DNA of 64,000 bases from Gammaproteobacteria bacterium (GTDB taxonomy: Bacteria; Pseudomonadota; Gammaproteobacteria; Steroidobacterales; JABDKV01): assembly GCA_029862165.1 (NCBI GenBank), contig JAOTXU010000009.1, positions 65,497 through 129,496 on the forward strand, given 5' to 3'. Under the pieces are notes generated by a model that saw only the letters and a list, made by a program, of their open reading frames with translations, searched no databases and was not told the origin of the DNA. Made by a program: the position numbers and the translations under genes. Within the stretch, counting starts at the first letter, position 1; each line of letters begins with the position of its first letter. This document shows, in pieces, positions 9,531 to 19,214 of this stretch.

Positions 9531-10850
9531 TTAGTTCAGTTGCAGCGTGGGCAGTTTTCTGGGCAGCAGCCACCACATTGTCAGTCCCCGTGCCGCCATG
9601 AACAACAGAAACGACAGCCACAATCCGTGATTACCAAGTGGTTGTAATAGCCAGTAGGCGGGCAGGAAGATCAGGAAAGTGGAAAACACCATCGTGTTAC
9701 GCATCTCGCGTGCAAGTGTGGCCCCGACGTAGACACCGTCATAAAGAAAACTCCAGGTCGAAATAATCGGCGAAAGAATTATCCAGGGCAGAAACAGGAT
9801 CGCCGCAGCTCGAATCGGTTCAAGATCAGTCAGTAATTTTATGATCCAGGCACCGCCTATTGCATAAGCGACTACAAACATGAGGGCGATAACCACCGAC
9901 CAGAACATAGAAAGGCGTATTGCGCGCTTGATGCTGTCACGGTGTTTCGCACCGATAGCACGGCCGACGAGCGCTTCGGCCGCATTGGCAAAACCGTCCA
10001 GTGCACTGGCCATGAAATACTGCATGTTCAGCAAAATGGCATTGGCTGCCAGGATAATGTCGCCCTGTCGGGCACTCATCGCCGTCAAGAAACCAAAGGC
10101 AAACATCAGCGACATTGTTCGTATCAGAAGATTCGCATTTACCGCGAACAGACGCTTGAACCGGTGCTTATCGGTGAGGCGGCTGCGAATCCAGTGACCA
10201 GGCCGGAGTCTTAATTCTCGTGCGACCAGAAACAATCCGACAGCGAAACCGGAATACTCGGCCAGGACCGAAGCCAGTGCGACACCATCGGCGCGCATGC
10301 CCAGGTATACGACAAAGAGTATGTCCAGACCGATATTCACAATATTGACCAGGATCATCATGAATAACGGCGCGCGCGCATTGTGCAGCCCAATAAACCA
10401 GCCGACGAGAGCAAAGTTTGCGAGCGCTGCGGGCGCACTCCAGATTCGAATGCTGTAATAGATTTCGGTTTGTGCCGCAACGTCGGCACTGGGGTTGATC
10501 AGCCATAAGGCCAGGACGCCGATGGGTACCTGCAACAACAACAGGATCGCGGCCATCCCGAAGGCGACACTCAACACCTGTCCCAGGACCGTGCGTAATT
10601 CGTCGTTATCGCGGGTACCCAATGTCTGCGCCGTGATACCGGTAGTACCCATGCGCAGGAAGTTGAGGCCGGTGTAAATAAAACTGAAAATGATCGCGCC
10701 AACCGCGACTGCACCGATATAGTGCGGGCTATCCAGATGACCGACGACGGCGGTATCGACCATGCCCAGAAGGGGCACGGTAATATTGGAGAGAATCAGG
10801 GGTGTGGCGATGTGCAACACCGCCCGGTGGTCATAACGATCGTGTGCCAA
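9531..10850 (-). CDS. dinF: MATE family efflux transporter (DinF-like)
   Basis: 439 aa with about 12 TM segments. N-terminus HIATPLILSNITVPLLGMVDTAVVGHL is typical of MATE/DinF. Confidence 0.8.
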   Translation of the reverse strand: MAHDRYDHRAVLHIATPLILSNITVPLLGMVDTAVVGHLDSPHYIGAVAVGAIIFSFIYTGLNFLRMGTTGITAQTLGTRDNDELRTVLGQVLSVAFGMAAILLLLQVPIGVLALWLINPSADVAAQTEIYYSIRIWSAPAALANFALVGWFIGLHNARAPLFMMILVNIVNIGLDILFVVYLGMRADGVALASVLAEYSGFAVGLFLVARELRLRPGHWIRSRLTDKHRFKRLFAVNANLLIRTMSLMFAFGFLTAMSARQGDIILAANAILLNMQYFMASALDGFANAAEALVGRAIGAKHRDSIKRAIRLSMFWSVVIALMFVVAYAIGGAWIIKLLTDLEPIRAAAILFLPWIILSPIISTWSFLYDGVYVGATLAREMRNTMVFSTFLIFLPAYWLLQPLGNHGLWLSFLLFMAARGLTMWWLLPRKLPTLQLN

Positions 10851-10884
10851 AGAAATTTATTTCCGGTATCTGACGGCGCGCGGC

Positions 10885-13134
10885 CTAGCGCAATAGCCGC
10901 CTTGCCGCATCCAGTATGCCGTCTTCGGATACCAGCACCAGGTTGGCCGCTGCGCCCAGCGGGATGTAGGAGTCTTCACCACAAACACGGCGTTTTATTA
11001 TGCCGCTGCCATGATGCTCATCGATCGCGGTGAAAATTTCCTCGGCGATACCGCCAGTGCGCCGGCCCTCGTCGACGACCAGCACTTTCTTGATCTGACC
11101 GGCGTGATGGGCAATCAGATCGTGATTCAGCGGCTTGAGCCAACGCAGATCCAATATTCGTGTTGAGATGCCGAATTCTTGTTGCAGTTTTTCGGCAACT
11201 CTCAGCGACATCGGCACGCCGTTGCCATAAGTAATAATCAATAAGTCCTTTGCCGCAGGGAAATAGACCCGGCCCTCGCCAAATGGGATAAAGCGATCCG
11301 GTGCCGGATAATCAAAGATCCATTTGGCGTCCTTCTCCGTATAAAGATCCTTGGTCATGTACAACGCGATGGGTTCCATAAATGCCACCACCCGGCCACT
11401 GACTTTCGCCAGCGCCGCACAGGTGCGCAGCATCATTGCAGCGTCATCTCCACGTGACGGACAGGCGATAATCAGTGAAGGGATGTCACGCAGCGCGGCA
11501 AAGGAGTTGTCGTTGTGAAAATGTCCGCCGAAGCCTTTTTGATACGCCAGAGATGCGATACGAATCACCATCGGATTGCGGAACTGGTTCCGCGAAAAGT
11601 ACTGCAGTGAACAGGCCTCGCCGCGTATTTGATCGCATGCATTGTGGTAATACGCGAGATACTGAATTTCCGGGAATGGCAACAGACCCATATAGCCCGC
11701 CCCCTGAGCCATCCCGAGTATGGTGCTTTCATCGAGCAGGGTGTTATGCACGCGTGTGCCGGAAAAAGTTTTATGCAGCCCAGTAGTTATCGTATAGACA
11801 CCGCCTTTTTGGGCAACGTCTTCGCCAAATAGTGTCATTTCCGAATATTTGGCCATCAGATCGTGCAACGCGCGGTTGATATTGATCGCAAGGTGTCTAG
11901 GTCCGGCATTCTCAGGTAGCGTGCGTTGCCCAAATGCGACCTTGCGATCATAATCGTTGCGACCGGCTTCCCGTTCCACCTCCGTCGACTGATACGGTGC
12001 CAGCGGTCGCATGACTTCGTCGCTGGTCGTCAAACGCGGGCGGGCAACAGCGCGATCAGCGGCGCGTCGCACACTGGCACGCAGTCCTTCATAGCGTTTT
12101 AGTATTGTTTCTGCGTCCATCAGCCCGTTTTCAATCACGGTTTCCGCGGTCAACAGCAATGGGTCACTGGCTTCGTTACGTTCGATATCGGTCAGCGTGC
12201 GGTATTCGGTTTCCACATCGGTTCCGGCGTGACCCAATAACCGCGTAACTCGCAAATGCAAAAAGACCGGACGCCGTTTGCTGCGACATTCATCGATGGC
12301 GGCCCGTGTAACATCCCAGGCCTGGGTTACATCCAGCCCGTCGGCATATCGATAATCTAAGCCGGGTCTGCTCGAAAATGCGGCCCGGACCCAACCTTCC
12401 GGTGTCCGCACCGAAATACCAAAATCGTTGTCTTCACAAATAAACAGGATCGGCACCGGCAGATTTTGATACGCAGTCCACTGCGCGGCGTTAAACGCAC
12501 CCTGGGCTGCGCTGTGGTTGACGCTTGCATCGCCAAAGCTACAGATGACTATACTGTCGTCCGGAATCGGTGGCTCAATGCCCAGTCGTTTGGTTTGTGC
12601 CAATGCGATGGCGGTACCAACTGCTTTGGGCAAATGACTGGCGATCGTAGAGGTTTGCGGCAACACCCAGCCGGGTGCGCTACCCCAGACTTTGTGACGC
12701 CCGCCCGACACCGGATCTTCGCGTGAAGCTACCAGCGATAAACAGGTATCGTAGACGGGGTCGCATTCGGGCAGCTTACTGGTGCGGGCGAGCATAAAAC
12801 CACCGCTGCGATAATGCAGAAACGCCGGATCGGTTGTACGACTCTGCATGCCAACGATGGCGTTCGCCTCATGACCCGAGCTGCCGATCGTGTAAAAGCC
12901 TTCATTGCGTCCACGCAGTTCCCGTGCGGTGAGGTCGAGTAGACGCGATGTCATCATGACATCGAACAGTGACAACAGTTTTTTCCCCGTCAAGCCGCCG
13001 GAGACAGGTGCATCCACGCTGCGAGCCGTAAAGGGCTCGCCCCAATGCTGGAGAAAATCCTGAAAATTCCGGTCGACAATCTCTGCACGGTTGATGCCGC
13101 GTGTTCCGGATTTGACCAAACTGTGTTTGCTCAC
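10885..13134 (-). CDS. Thiamine-diphosphate-dependent 2-oxoacid dehydrogenase E1 component, fused alpha/beta
   Basis: 749 aa. The N-terminal half resembles E1-alpha (GSSGHEA, GDASVNHS) and the C-terminal half resembles the E1-beta/transketolase pyrimidine-binding and C-terminal domains. Confidence 0.7.
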   Translation of the reverse strand: MSKHSLVKSGTRGINRAEIVDRNFQDFLQHWGEPFTARSVDAPVSGGLTGKKLLSLFDVMMTSRLLDLTARELRGRNEGFYTIGSSGHEANAIVGMQSRTTDPAFLHYRSGGFMLARTSKLPECDPVYDTCLSLVASREDPVSGGRHKVWGSAPGWVLPQTSTIASHLPKAVGTAIALAQTKRLGIEPPIPDDSIVICSFGDASVNHSAAQGAFNAAQWTAYQNLPVPILFICEDNDFGISVRTPEGWVRAAFSSRPGLDYRYADGLDVTQAWDVTRAAIDECRSKRRPVFLHLRVTRLLGHAGTDVETEYRTLTDIERNEASDPLLLTAETVIENGLMDAETILKRYEGLRASVRRAADRAVARPRLTTSDEVMRPLAPYQSTEVEREAGRNDYDRKVAFGQRTLPENAGPRHLAININRALHDLMAKYSEMTLFGEDVAQKGGVYTITTGLHKTFSGTRVHNTLLDESTILGMAQGAGYMGLLPFPEIQYLAYYHNACDQIRGEACSLQYFSRNQFRNPMVIRIASLAYQKGFGGHFHNDNSFAALRDIPSLIIACPSRGDDAAMMLRTCAALAKVSGRVVAFMEPIALYMTKDLYTEKDAKWIFDYPAPDRFIPFGEGRVYFPAAKDLLIITYGNGVPMSLRVAEKLQQEFGISTRILDLRWLKPLNHDLIAHHAGQIKKVLVVDEGRRTGGIAEEIFTAIDEHHGSGIIKRRVCGEDSYIPLGAAANLVLVSEDGILDAARRLLR

Positions 13135-13149
13135 GTCTATATCGTCCCG

Positions 13150-14346
13150 TCAGAACGCGTTAACACCCGTCAACTCACGACCTATAACCAGTTCGTGAAT
13201 AGTTTCGGTGCCTTCGTAAGTAATCACGCTTTCCAGGTTCAACATGTGGCGTATCGGGCAGAACTCGACACTGATTCCACTGCCTCCTAAGAGATCGCGG
13301 GAATCGCGGGCAATATCCAACGCCATGCGTACGTTGTTCCATTTCGCCAGCGAGACCTGTGTTGGCGACATGCGTCCGGCGTCTTTTAGCCGGCCCAGTC
13401 GTAGCGACAGTAACTGTGCCAGCGTGATCTGGCGCGCCATCTCGGCCAGCCGCCGTTGCACAGTTTGGGTGTGCGAAAGCGGGCGGTCGAACAGGATCCG
13501 CGTGCTGGTGTAATCGATCAGCTCGCGTAGACAGGCTTGTGCTGCACCGATGGCACCCCAGGTAATACCGAAACGCGCTTGCGTGAGACAACCCAATGGA
13601 CCCTTTAAGCCCCGCACCTTCGGCAAGCGGTTGGCTTCTGGTACCCGGACGTTGTCGAAAAACAATGACGACGTAACCGATGCGCGCAACGAAAACTTGT
13701 GTTCGATTTCCGGTGCGTCAAATCCCTTCATGCCCTTTTCCACGAGGAAACCCTGCACACCGTCATCGGTTTTTGCCCAGACTACGGCGACATCGGCAAT
13801 CGTGCCGTTGGTAATCCACATCTTGGAACCGTTGATGATCCAGTCATCGCCGTCACGTTGAGCACGCGTTTGCATGTTGCCGGGGTCGGAGCCCCCCTGC
13901 GGTTCGGTCAGTCCGAAGCAACCTATTGCCTCACCCTTGGCCAGCGCGGGCAGCCAACGTTCTTTTTGTTCGTCGGTTCCATAGGCGTAGATTGGATACA
14001 TGACCAGGCTGGACTGCACGGAAACAAAACTGCGTAAACCGCTGTCACCGCGTTCCAGCTCCTGGCAGATCAGTCCGTAGCAAACACTGTTCAGTCCCGC
14101 GCAGTCGTAACCTTCGATAGAACTGCCGAGCAAACCCAGCGAGGCAATCTCCGGCACCAGCTCAGCGGGGAAACGACCTTTCTCAAAAGCTTCGGGTATG
14201 ACCGGCAACGCACGTTCATCAACAAAACGTGCGACGGTACCCTGGACGAGCTGTTCTTCTTCATTCAGCTCGCTACGCACGTCATAGAGATCCATAGGGT
14301 CGAGTGCCGGCGAGGCTGTTTTAAGGCTTTCTGCAGCGGTGGCCAT
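13150..14346 (-). CDS. gcdH: Acyl-CoA dehydrogenase, glutaryl-CoA dehydrogenase-like
   Basis: ATG at 14346 gives 398 aa. Shows the acyl-CoA dehydrogenase fold pattern (GLTEPQGGSDP, WITNG, C-terminal YEGT..IH). Confidence 0.8.
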   Translation of the reverse strand: MATAAESLKTASPALDPMDLYDVRSELNEEEQLVQGTVARFVDERALPVIPEAFEKGRFPAELVPEIASLGLLGSSIEGYDCAGLNSVCYGLICQELERGDSGLRSFVSVQSSLVMYPIYAYGTDEQKERWLPALAKGEAIGCFGLTEPQGGSDPGNMQTRAQRDGDDWIINGSKMWITNGTIADVAVVWAKTDDGVQGFLVEKGMKGFDAPEIEHKFSLRASVTSSLFFDNVRVPEANRLPKVRGLKGPLGCLTQARFGITWGAIGAAQACLRELIDYTSTRILFDRPLSHTQTVQRRLAEMARQITLAQLLSLRLGRLKDAGRMSPTQVSLAKWNNVRMALDIARDSRDLLGGSGISVEFCPIRHMLNLESVITYEGTETIHELVIGRELTGVNAF

Positions 14347-14504
14347 GTGGCGCTCCTGGTAGTGGGTCGAGCAATGATACGCGAGTGCCGGGTTGCCCGG
14401 CACCCCTGGGCGTCGTCGATTTCGTACATCAGCGGCCCGAAAATTTGCCGATAAATACTGGATAGGATGGCGTTACACTACGCCCGGCGAATCAGGAGTG
14501 TCGT

Positions 14505-15797
14505 ATGAAAATACCCGAAATCCTGCTGATCGAATCCGATCACAAACCCGGCAATCTGTCGAAGATTCTGGGCGTGATAGGCGACGACGGACTCACGATT
14601 GAGCACTTGACGATGGTGCACCGGGAAGGCGGCAAGTCTGTTTGGGAACTCACACTGGAGATGGATGCCGAGGCGGATCGCGAGGTTTTCGAGCACATCG
14701 ATGCACTGCCGGGCGCCAAGGTCCTGGGTCGCTCGGACCGGGTATTCAACCGCCATGCCGGCGGCAAGATTCAAACGGTCTCGCGGGTCAATATCGAGAG
14801 TCAGCAGGTGTTGCGCGATATCTACACACCCGGTGTGGCACGCGTATGCCTGGCAATTCAGGACGACCCCTCACGTGCCTACGACTGGACCAATGTTGGC
14901 CACACAGTTGCCATCGTAACCAACGGAACGGCCATACTGGGTCTGGGAAATATTGGTGCATTGCCCGGATTGCCCGTGATGGAAGGCAAAGCGGCATTGT
15001 TTGCTGCGTTCGCCGATCTTACGGGTGTTCCCATTTTGCTCGACTGCACAGATCCCGCAGAAGTGATTCGTGTAGTTGCCGCTATTGCTCCGAGTTTTGG
15101 TGGTATCCAACTCGAGGACATCGCCGCGCCGGAGTGTTTTGAAATCGAACAGGCATTAGTCGACAAACTGGACATACCTGTATTGCATGACGATCAACAC
15201 GGTACCGCTGTCGTCACGCTTGCCGCTTTGATTAACGCTTGCGAGCGGGCAGACCGGCGCCCGGAAGACAGCGTAATTGGGCAAGTTGGTCTCGGTGCGG
15301 CGGGTATCGGTATTGTGCGTTTGTTGCAACATGCCGGGATGAAACAGGTGATGGGTGCCGACCTGAACGAAGGTGCGCAGGCACGGCTAAGATCCATGGG
15401 TGGCGAGGTAGCAACGCTCGATGAGATCATGGGCAAAGCGGATATCGTTATCTCAACGACCGGCGTAAAGGGATTGATAAAACCGGAAATGGTGCGTGAG
15501 GGGCAGGTTATTCTTGCATTGTCCAACCCGGATCCGGAAATCGATCCTGGCGATGCATTACTTGCCGGGGCCTCGTTTGCCGCCGACGGCAAAGGCATCA
15601 ACAACGTATTAGGATTTCCCGGGTTGTTTCGCGGTGTGCTGGACGCACGGGCGAATTCATTTACCGATGCAATGCTGATCGCCGCGGCCCGAACCCTGGC
15701 CAGTCTCGCCGGTGAACATGATCTTGTGCCCGACCCACTAGACCGTAAAGTCCACGACGCGGTTGCCGCCGCCGTTACAGCCGCCGCTCACCAATAG
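14505..15797 (+). CDS. NAD(P)-dependent malic enzyme (short form) with N-terminal ACT-like domain
   Basis: DIYTPGVARVC, VAIVTNGTAILGLGNIG, PVMEGKAALF, IQLEDIAAPECF and HDDQHGTAVV, preceded by a ~70-aa regulatory-looking segment. Confidence 0.8.
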   Translation: MKIPEILLIESDHKPGNLSKILGVIGDDGLTIEHLTMVHREGGKSVWELTLEMDAEADREVFEHIDALPGAKVLGRSDRVFNRHAGGKIQTVSRVNIESQQVLRDIYTPGVARVCLAIQDDPSRAYDWTNVGHTVAIVTNGTAILGLGNIGALPGLPVMEGKAALFAAFADLTGVPILLDCTDPAEVIRVVAAIAPSFGGIQLEDIAAPECFEIEQALVDKLDIPVLHDDQHGTAVVTLAALINACERADRRPEDSVIGQVGLGAAGIGIVRLLQHAGMKQVMGADLNEGAQARLRSMGGEVATLDEIMGKADIVISTTGVKGLIKPEMVREGQVILALSNPDPEIDPGDALLAGASFAADGKGINNVLGFPGLFRGVLDARANSFTDAMLIAAARTLASLAGEHDLVPDPLDRKVHDAVAAAVTAAAHQ

Positions 15798-15815
15798 GGG
15801 TAGGGCCGCAACAGA

Positions 15816-16283
15816 CTAGATTGGGATGCCGAGCTTTTTGTAGACGGCCGACAACAACCATATAGGGCCGATCATCAGGAATTGCATGTCTTTAAAAAAC
15901 GACGGTCTCTTACCTTCGATAATGTGCCCGATGAACTGACCAATCCAGGCGGCAACAAAAACACTCAATGAGATTGCCCACAGCGGCGTGGATAACCCGT
16001 CCAACCAGTTGATGAGCAATACAGTCCCGACAGTAAAGAAAATCATGCCGATTGCGAGACTAAGTGACATGATGAAGTAATAGATCAGCGAGGCGAGCAA
16101 AAAAATCATGCCCCAGTTCAGTAGTGGCGACGTTCTCTCAAAAGCCACCGGTACCGGTATGGACCAAAGCATACCAATCAGGCTAAGCACGATCAGGGGA
16201 ACGCAGATCCAGTGCAAAAACTTATTAGTCGGATTCTGATGACTCTCGCCATACTCATTGAGCCAGGCATCCACAGTCGGCAT
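15816..16283 (-). CDS. DUF962 / Mpo1-like membrane protein
   Basis: ATG at 16283. N-terminus WLNEYGESHQNPTNKFLHWICVP is characteristic of the family; the protein has TM helices. Confidence 0.7.
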   Translation of the reverse strand: MPTVDAWLNEYGESHQNPTNKFLHWICVPLIVLSLIGMLWSIPVPVAFERTSPLLNWGMIFLLASLIYYFIMSLSLAIGMIFFTVGTVLLINWLDGLSTPLWAISLSVFVAAWIGQFIGHIIEGKRPSFFKDMQFLMIGPIWLLSAVYKKLGIPI

Positions 16284-16597
16284 GTCTCTCCCCCGCAACG
16301 ACGTAGTTTAACCATAACGCTCAGTGCGGTTTTCGCGCAAGACTATTGTGTATTCCAAGGCACCCGGTCTCGTGGGCATGGCTTGGCTGCCTTAAGCAGG
16401 GCCATTCCGGCCGGGGACGACCGTGTTGTTTCGCGCTGTTTGGCGCGTTATTACCCGGTCATTACAGAAACAACTTATGTCTTAAGTGGCTGCCAAACGT
16501 AAACGAGATTGAACGCTATGGCCTTGGCCGGTCGGTGTCTATATTCTTGGGCACCGAGTGGATCCCTACCCCACAATCTTTCGTTACGGAGTGAGAA

Positions 16598-17278
16598 ATG
16601 AACAGATTGACTAGACAGCGGCGAACGGCATTTTTCGTTATTGCGGCAATGACCGTAACCGCATGTACAACGATTAATCCTTACACGCGTGAAGAGCAAA
16701 CCTCCAAAGCCGCCAAAGGCGCGATTATCGGCGCCGCAATCGGTGCGGTCGCTGGAATTATCTCTGGCGACGATAGTCGCGAACGACGCCAGCGTGCATT
16801 AATCGGCGCAGGTATCGGCGGCATCGCCGGCGCAGGCGTCGGTTACTACATGGATGTGCAGGAAGCTCGACTCCGTGCCGAGTTGGAAGCATCAGGCGTA
16901 AGCGTCGTCCGTATGGGTGACAATATTGTTCTGAATATGCCGGGCAATGTCACCTTCGATACAAATGAATCAGACATCAAGGGTGGGTTTTATCCTGTAC
17001 TCGACTCGGTCGCAGTAGTTTTGAATGAGTACGAGAAGACACTGGTGGAAATCGCCGGGCATACCGATAGCACCGGTTCGGACGCAATCAACCAACCGTT
17101 GTCGGAAAGGCGTGCGGGAAGCGTGTCCGGTTATCTGGAAAGCCGTGAAGTTTTGGCGCTGCGAATGGCGTCATTTGGTCTCAGTTCACGCCATCCGATC
17201 GCCGACAATTCAACGTCCGATGGGCGGCAGCTCAACCGGCGTGTTGAGATAACGCTCGTACCTATCGTCGAAGGCTAG
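16598..17278 (+). CDS. OmpA-family lipoprotein with glycine-zipper segment
   Basis: Lipobox MTVTAC, a glycine zipper (GAIIGAAIGAVAGI...) and a C-terminal OmpA peptidoglycan-binding motif (GHTDSTGS...NQPLSERRA...NRRVEI). Confidence 0.85.
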   Translation: MNRLTRQRRTAFFVIAAMTVTACTTINPYTREEQTSKAAKGAIIGAAIGAVAGIISGDDSRERRQRALIGAGIGGIAGAGVGYYMDVQEARLRAELEASGVSVVRMGDNIVLNMPGNVTFDTNESDIKGGFYPVLDSVAVVLNEYEKTLVEIAGHTDSTGSDAINQPLSERRAGSVSGYLESREVLALRMASFGLSSRHPIADNSTSDGRQLNRRVEITLVPIVEG

Positions 17279-17279
17279 T

Positions 17280-17759
17280 TTGACAAAGCAAATCCGCACA
17301 CTGGCGGGTATCGTCGCGGCCATCGCGGTCGCGTTCTTTGGGTACAACAGTGTTCAGGACGGTGGCCAGGCAAGCGTGGCACCCGCATCGGTGCCGGCGG
17401 CTGCAGTCAATGCGACTAACTACGCCGATGCTGCAGACCAGATACTGTCCGCGTTTGAGTCTGAACGCTCGGATATGTGGATCGAGGGCGGCGGAAGAGT
17501 GCAACGCACTTTGGCCGACGACTCGGAGGGCTCGCGGCACCAACGTTTTATAGTGAGACTACCCAACGATCACACGGTACTGATTGCGCACAATATCGAT
17601 CTGGCCCAGAGGGTTCCGATAAAAGCGGGTGACCCGGTTTCCTTCTACGGTGAGTACGAGTGGAACGATCGCGGTGGCGTGATTCATTGGACTCACCATG
17701 ACCCGCGTAATAAAAAAGAGGGCGGCTGGATTCAGCACAAAGGTACGACCTATAGATAG
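17280..17759 (+). CDS. DUF3465 domain protein
   Basis: TTG start abuts the ompA-like stop. HQRFIVRL...TVLIAHNIDLA...GEYEWNDRGGVIHWTHHDP is typical of DUF3465. Confidence 0.65.
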   Translation: MTKQIRTLAGIVAAIAVAFFGYNSVQDGGQASVAPASVPAAAVNATNYADAADQILSAFESERSDMWIEGGGRVQRTLADDSEGSRHQRFIVRLPNDHTVLIAHNIDLAQRVPIKAGDPVSFYGEYEWNDRGGVIHWTHHDPRNKKEGGWIQHKGTTYR

Positions 17760-17770
17760 CAGTTTAGGAC

Positions 17771-17801
17771 AAAAAACGGCGGCCATTGGCCGCCGTTTTT
17801 G
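17771..17801. terminator. Bidirectional rho-independent terminator
   Basis: A6-CGGCGGCC-ATT-GGCCGCCG-T5, lying between convergent genes ending at 17759 (+) and 17820 (-). Confidence 0.75.
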
Positions 17802-17819
17802 TTTAACTTGTAGAGCAAG

Positions 17820-18023
17820 TTAATCTTCGAGGACGAAGGTCACTTTCAGGTTGACCCGCCATTCGCTGACACGACCATTCTCAACAGTCACTTTCTGATT
17901 CTCAACCCAGGCGCCCGCGACGTTATTAAGCGTCTTGCTGGCGCGAGCGATGCCGGTTTCCACGGCGTCGTCAAAACTCTTTGTGGATGAAGCGGTGATT
18001 TCGGTAACACGTGCTACGGCCAT
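17820..18023 (-). CDS. Dodecin family flavin-binding protein
   Basis: 67 aa. The sequence MAVARVTEITASSTKSFDDAV...W.V matches the dodecin (DUF1458) pattern. Confidence 0.8.
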   Translation of the reverse strand: MAVARVTEITASSTKSFDDAVETGIARASKTLNNVAGAWVENQKVTVENGRVSEWRVNLKVTFVLED

Positions 18024-18177
18024 TTGTTAGCTCCCTTATTTCTGTGCAGAAAGGGCGCTGATACTAGAAGTGCCGGCATGGCCGGTCAAGTAAAATAAGG
18101 TCAAGAACTGTTTTCCACCTCCGCGCCGGGAAGGGATCCAGGGGTGAGGGGTCAAACCCGCGAGATTCTTGGCCGAA

Positions 18178-19044
18178 TCAGGTAGTAATATCCTGCCGCA
18201 GTTTCCGCAGTGCGTTGGCTTCGATCTGTCGTATGCGTTCGGCTGACACCCCATATTCACCTGCAAGTTCGCGCAGTGTTGTCTTTTTCTCGGCGATCCA
18301 CCGGGCCTCAAGTATGTGGCGGCTACGCTCGTCGAGCGTGTCCAGCGCCGCGAAGAGTTTTCCGTGCAGATCCTGACGCGATTCATCGTCTGCAACGAGC
18401 TCAAGTGGGTCAGGTTCGGGCGCAGGCAGGTATGCCACCGGCGCAAAGTTGTTTTCATCATCGTCGCTGTTGGCACCGTCGAATCCCAGATCGTGTGCGG
18501 CCAGACGTTGTTCCATCTCGTTAACATCGGCAGCCGACACGCCCAGATCGGCTGCGACGGCTTTGCGCTCTTCGGTACTTAGCCAACCGAGATGCTTCTT
18601 GGCTCTCCGTAAATTAAAAAACAGTTTGCGTTGTGCCTTCGTTGTAGCAACTTTGACGATGCGCCAGTTACGCAAAACAAATTCGTGAATCTCAGCCCGA
18701 ATCCAATGCACGGCAAAACTGATCAGACGCACGCCGTAATCCGGATCGAAACGTTTGACGGCCTTCATCAGCCCGACGTTGCCCTCTTGTACGAGGTCGC
18801 CGAGTTGCAAACCGTAGCCGCTATAGCCACGTGCGATATGGACAACGAAACGCAGGTTCGAGATAACCAATTGCCGGGCAGATTCCAGATCGCCTTCCCG
18901 GCTGAACCGTTCTGCCAGGTCGAATTCTTCTTCCCGGCTCAAGACCGGTATCGACGAGATGGTGCTCATGTATGCCTCAAGGCTGCCAATAGGCGCGCCA
19001 GGCAACAGAGTCTGGTTCCGAAGAGTCAGCGCGGTCGCTGCCAT
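18178..19044 (-). CDS. rpoH: RNA polymerase sigma-32 (heat-shock sigma factor RpoH)
   Basis: 288 aa with the RpoH box QRKLFFNLRRAKK and sigma-70 regions 2 and 4. Sits downstream of ftsYEX as in other gammaproteobacteria. Confidence 0.9.
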   Translation of the reverse strand: MAATALTLRNQTLLPGAPIGSLEAYMSTISSIPVLSREEEFDLAERFSREGDLESARQLVISNLRFVVHIARGYSGYGLQLGDLVQEGNVGLMKAVKRFDPDYGVRLISFAVHWIRAEIHEFVLRNWRIVKVATTKAQRKLFFNLRRAKKHLGWLSTEERKAVAADLGVSAADVNEMEQRLAAHDLGFDGANSDDDENNFAPVAYLPAPEPDPLELVADDESRQDLHGKLFAALDTLDERSRHILEARWIAEKKTTLRELAGEYGVSAERIRQIEANALRKLRQDITT

Positions 19045-19214
19045 GGTCGTTTGTCCTCCAAAAAGCCCGAAATTGATTTTAGCACTCTGCGTATTGGAGT
19101 GCTAATTTTGCAAGGAGTTCAGCAAAAAGACAGTTTTAAAACATATGGTTAGGAAACCCCAATTCTTTGAAGTGTTCTGATTCCCTAAAGGCGGGCGACA
19201 CTTGTTGTGAGGCT

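Noticed and set aside
18036-19152. ORFs 18036..18527 (-), 18210..18524 (+) and 18631..19152 (+) overlapping rpoH
   Set aside because: These are alternative-frame or antisense ORFs within an unambiguous sigma-32 gene, and none has a recognisable family.
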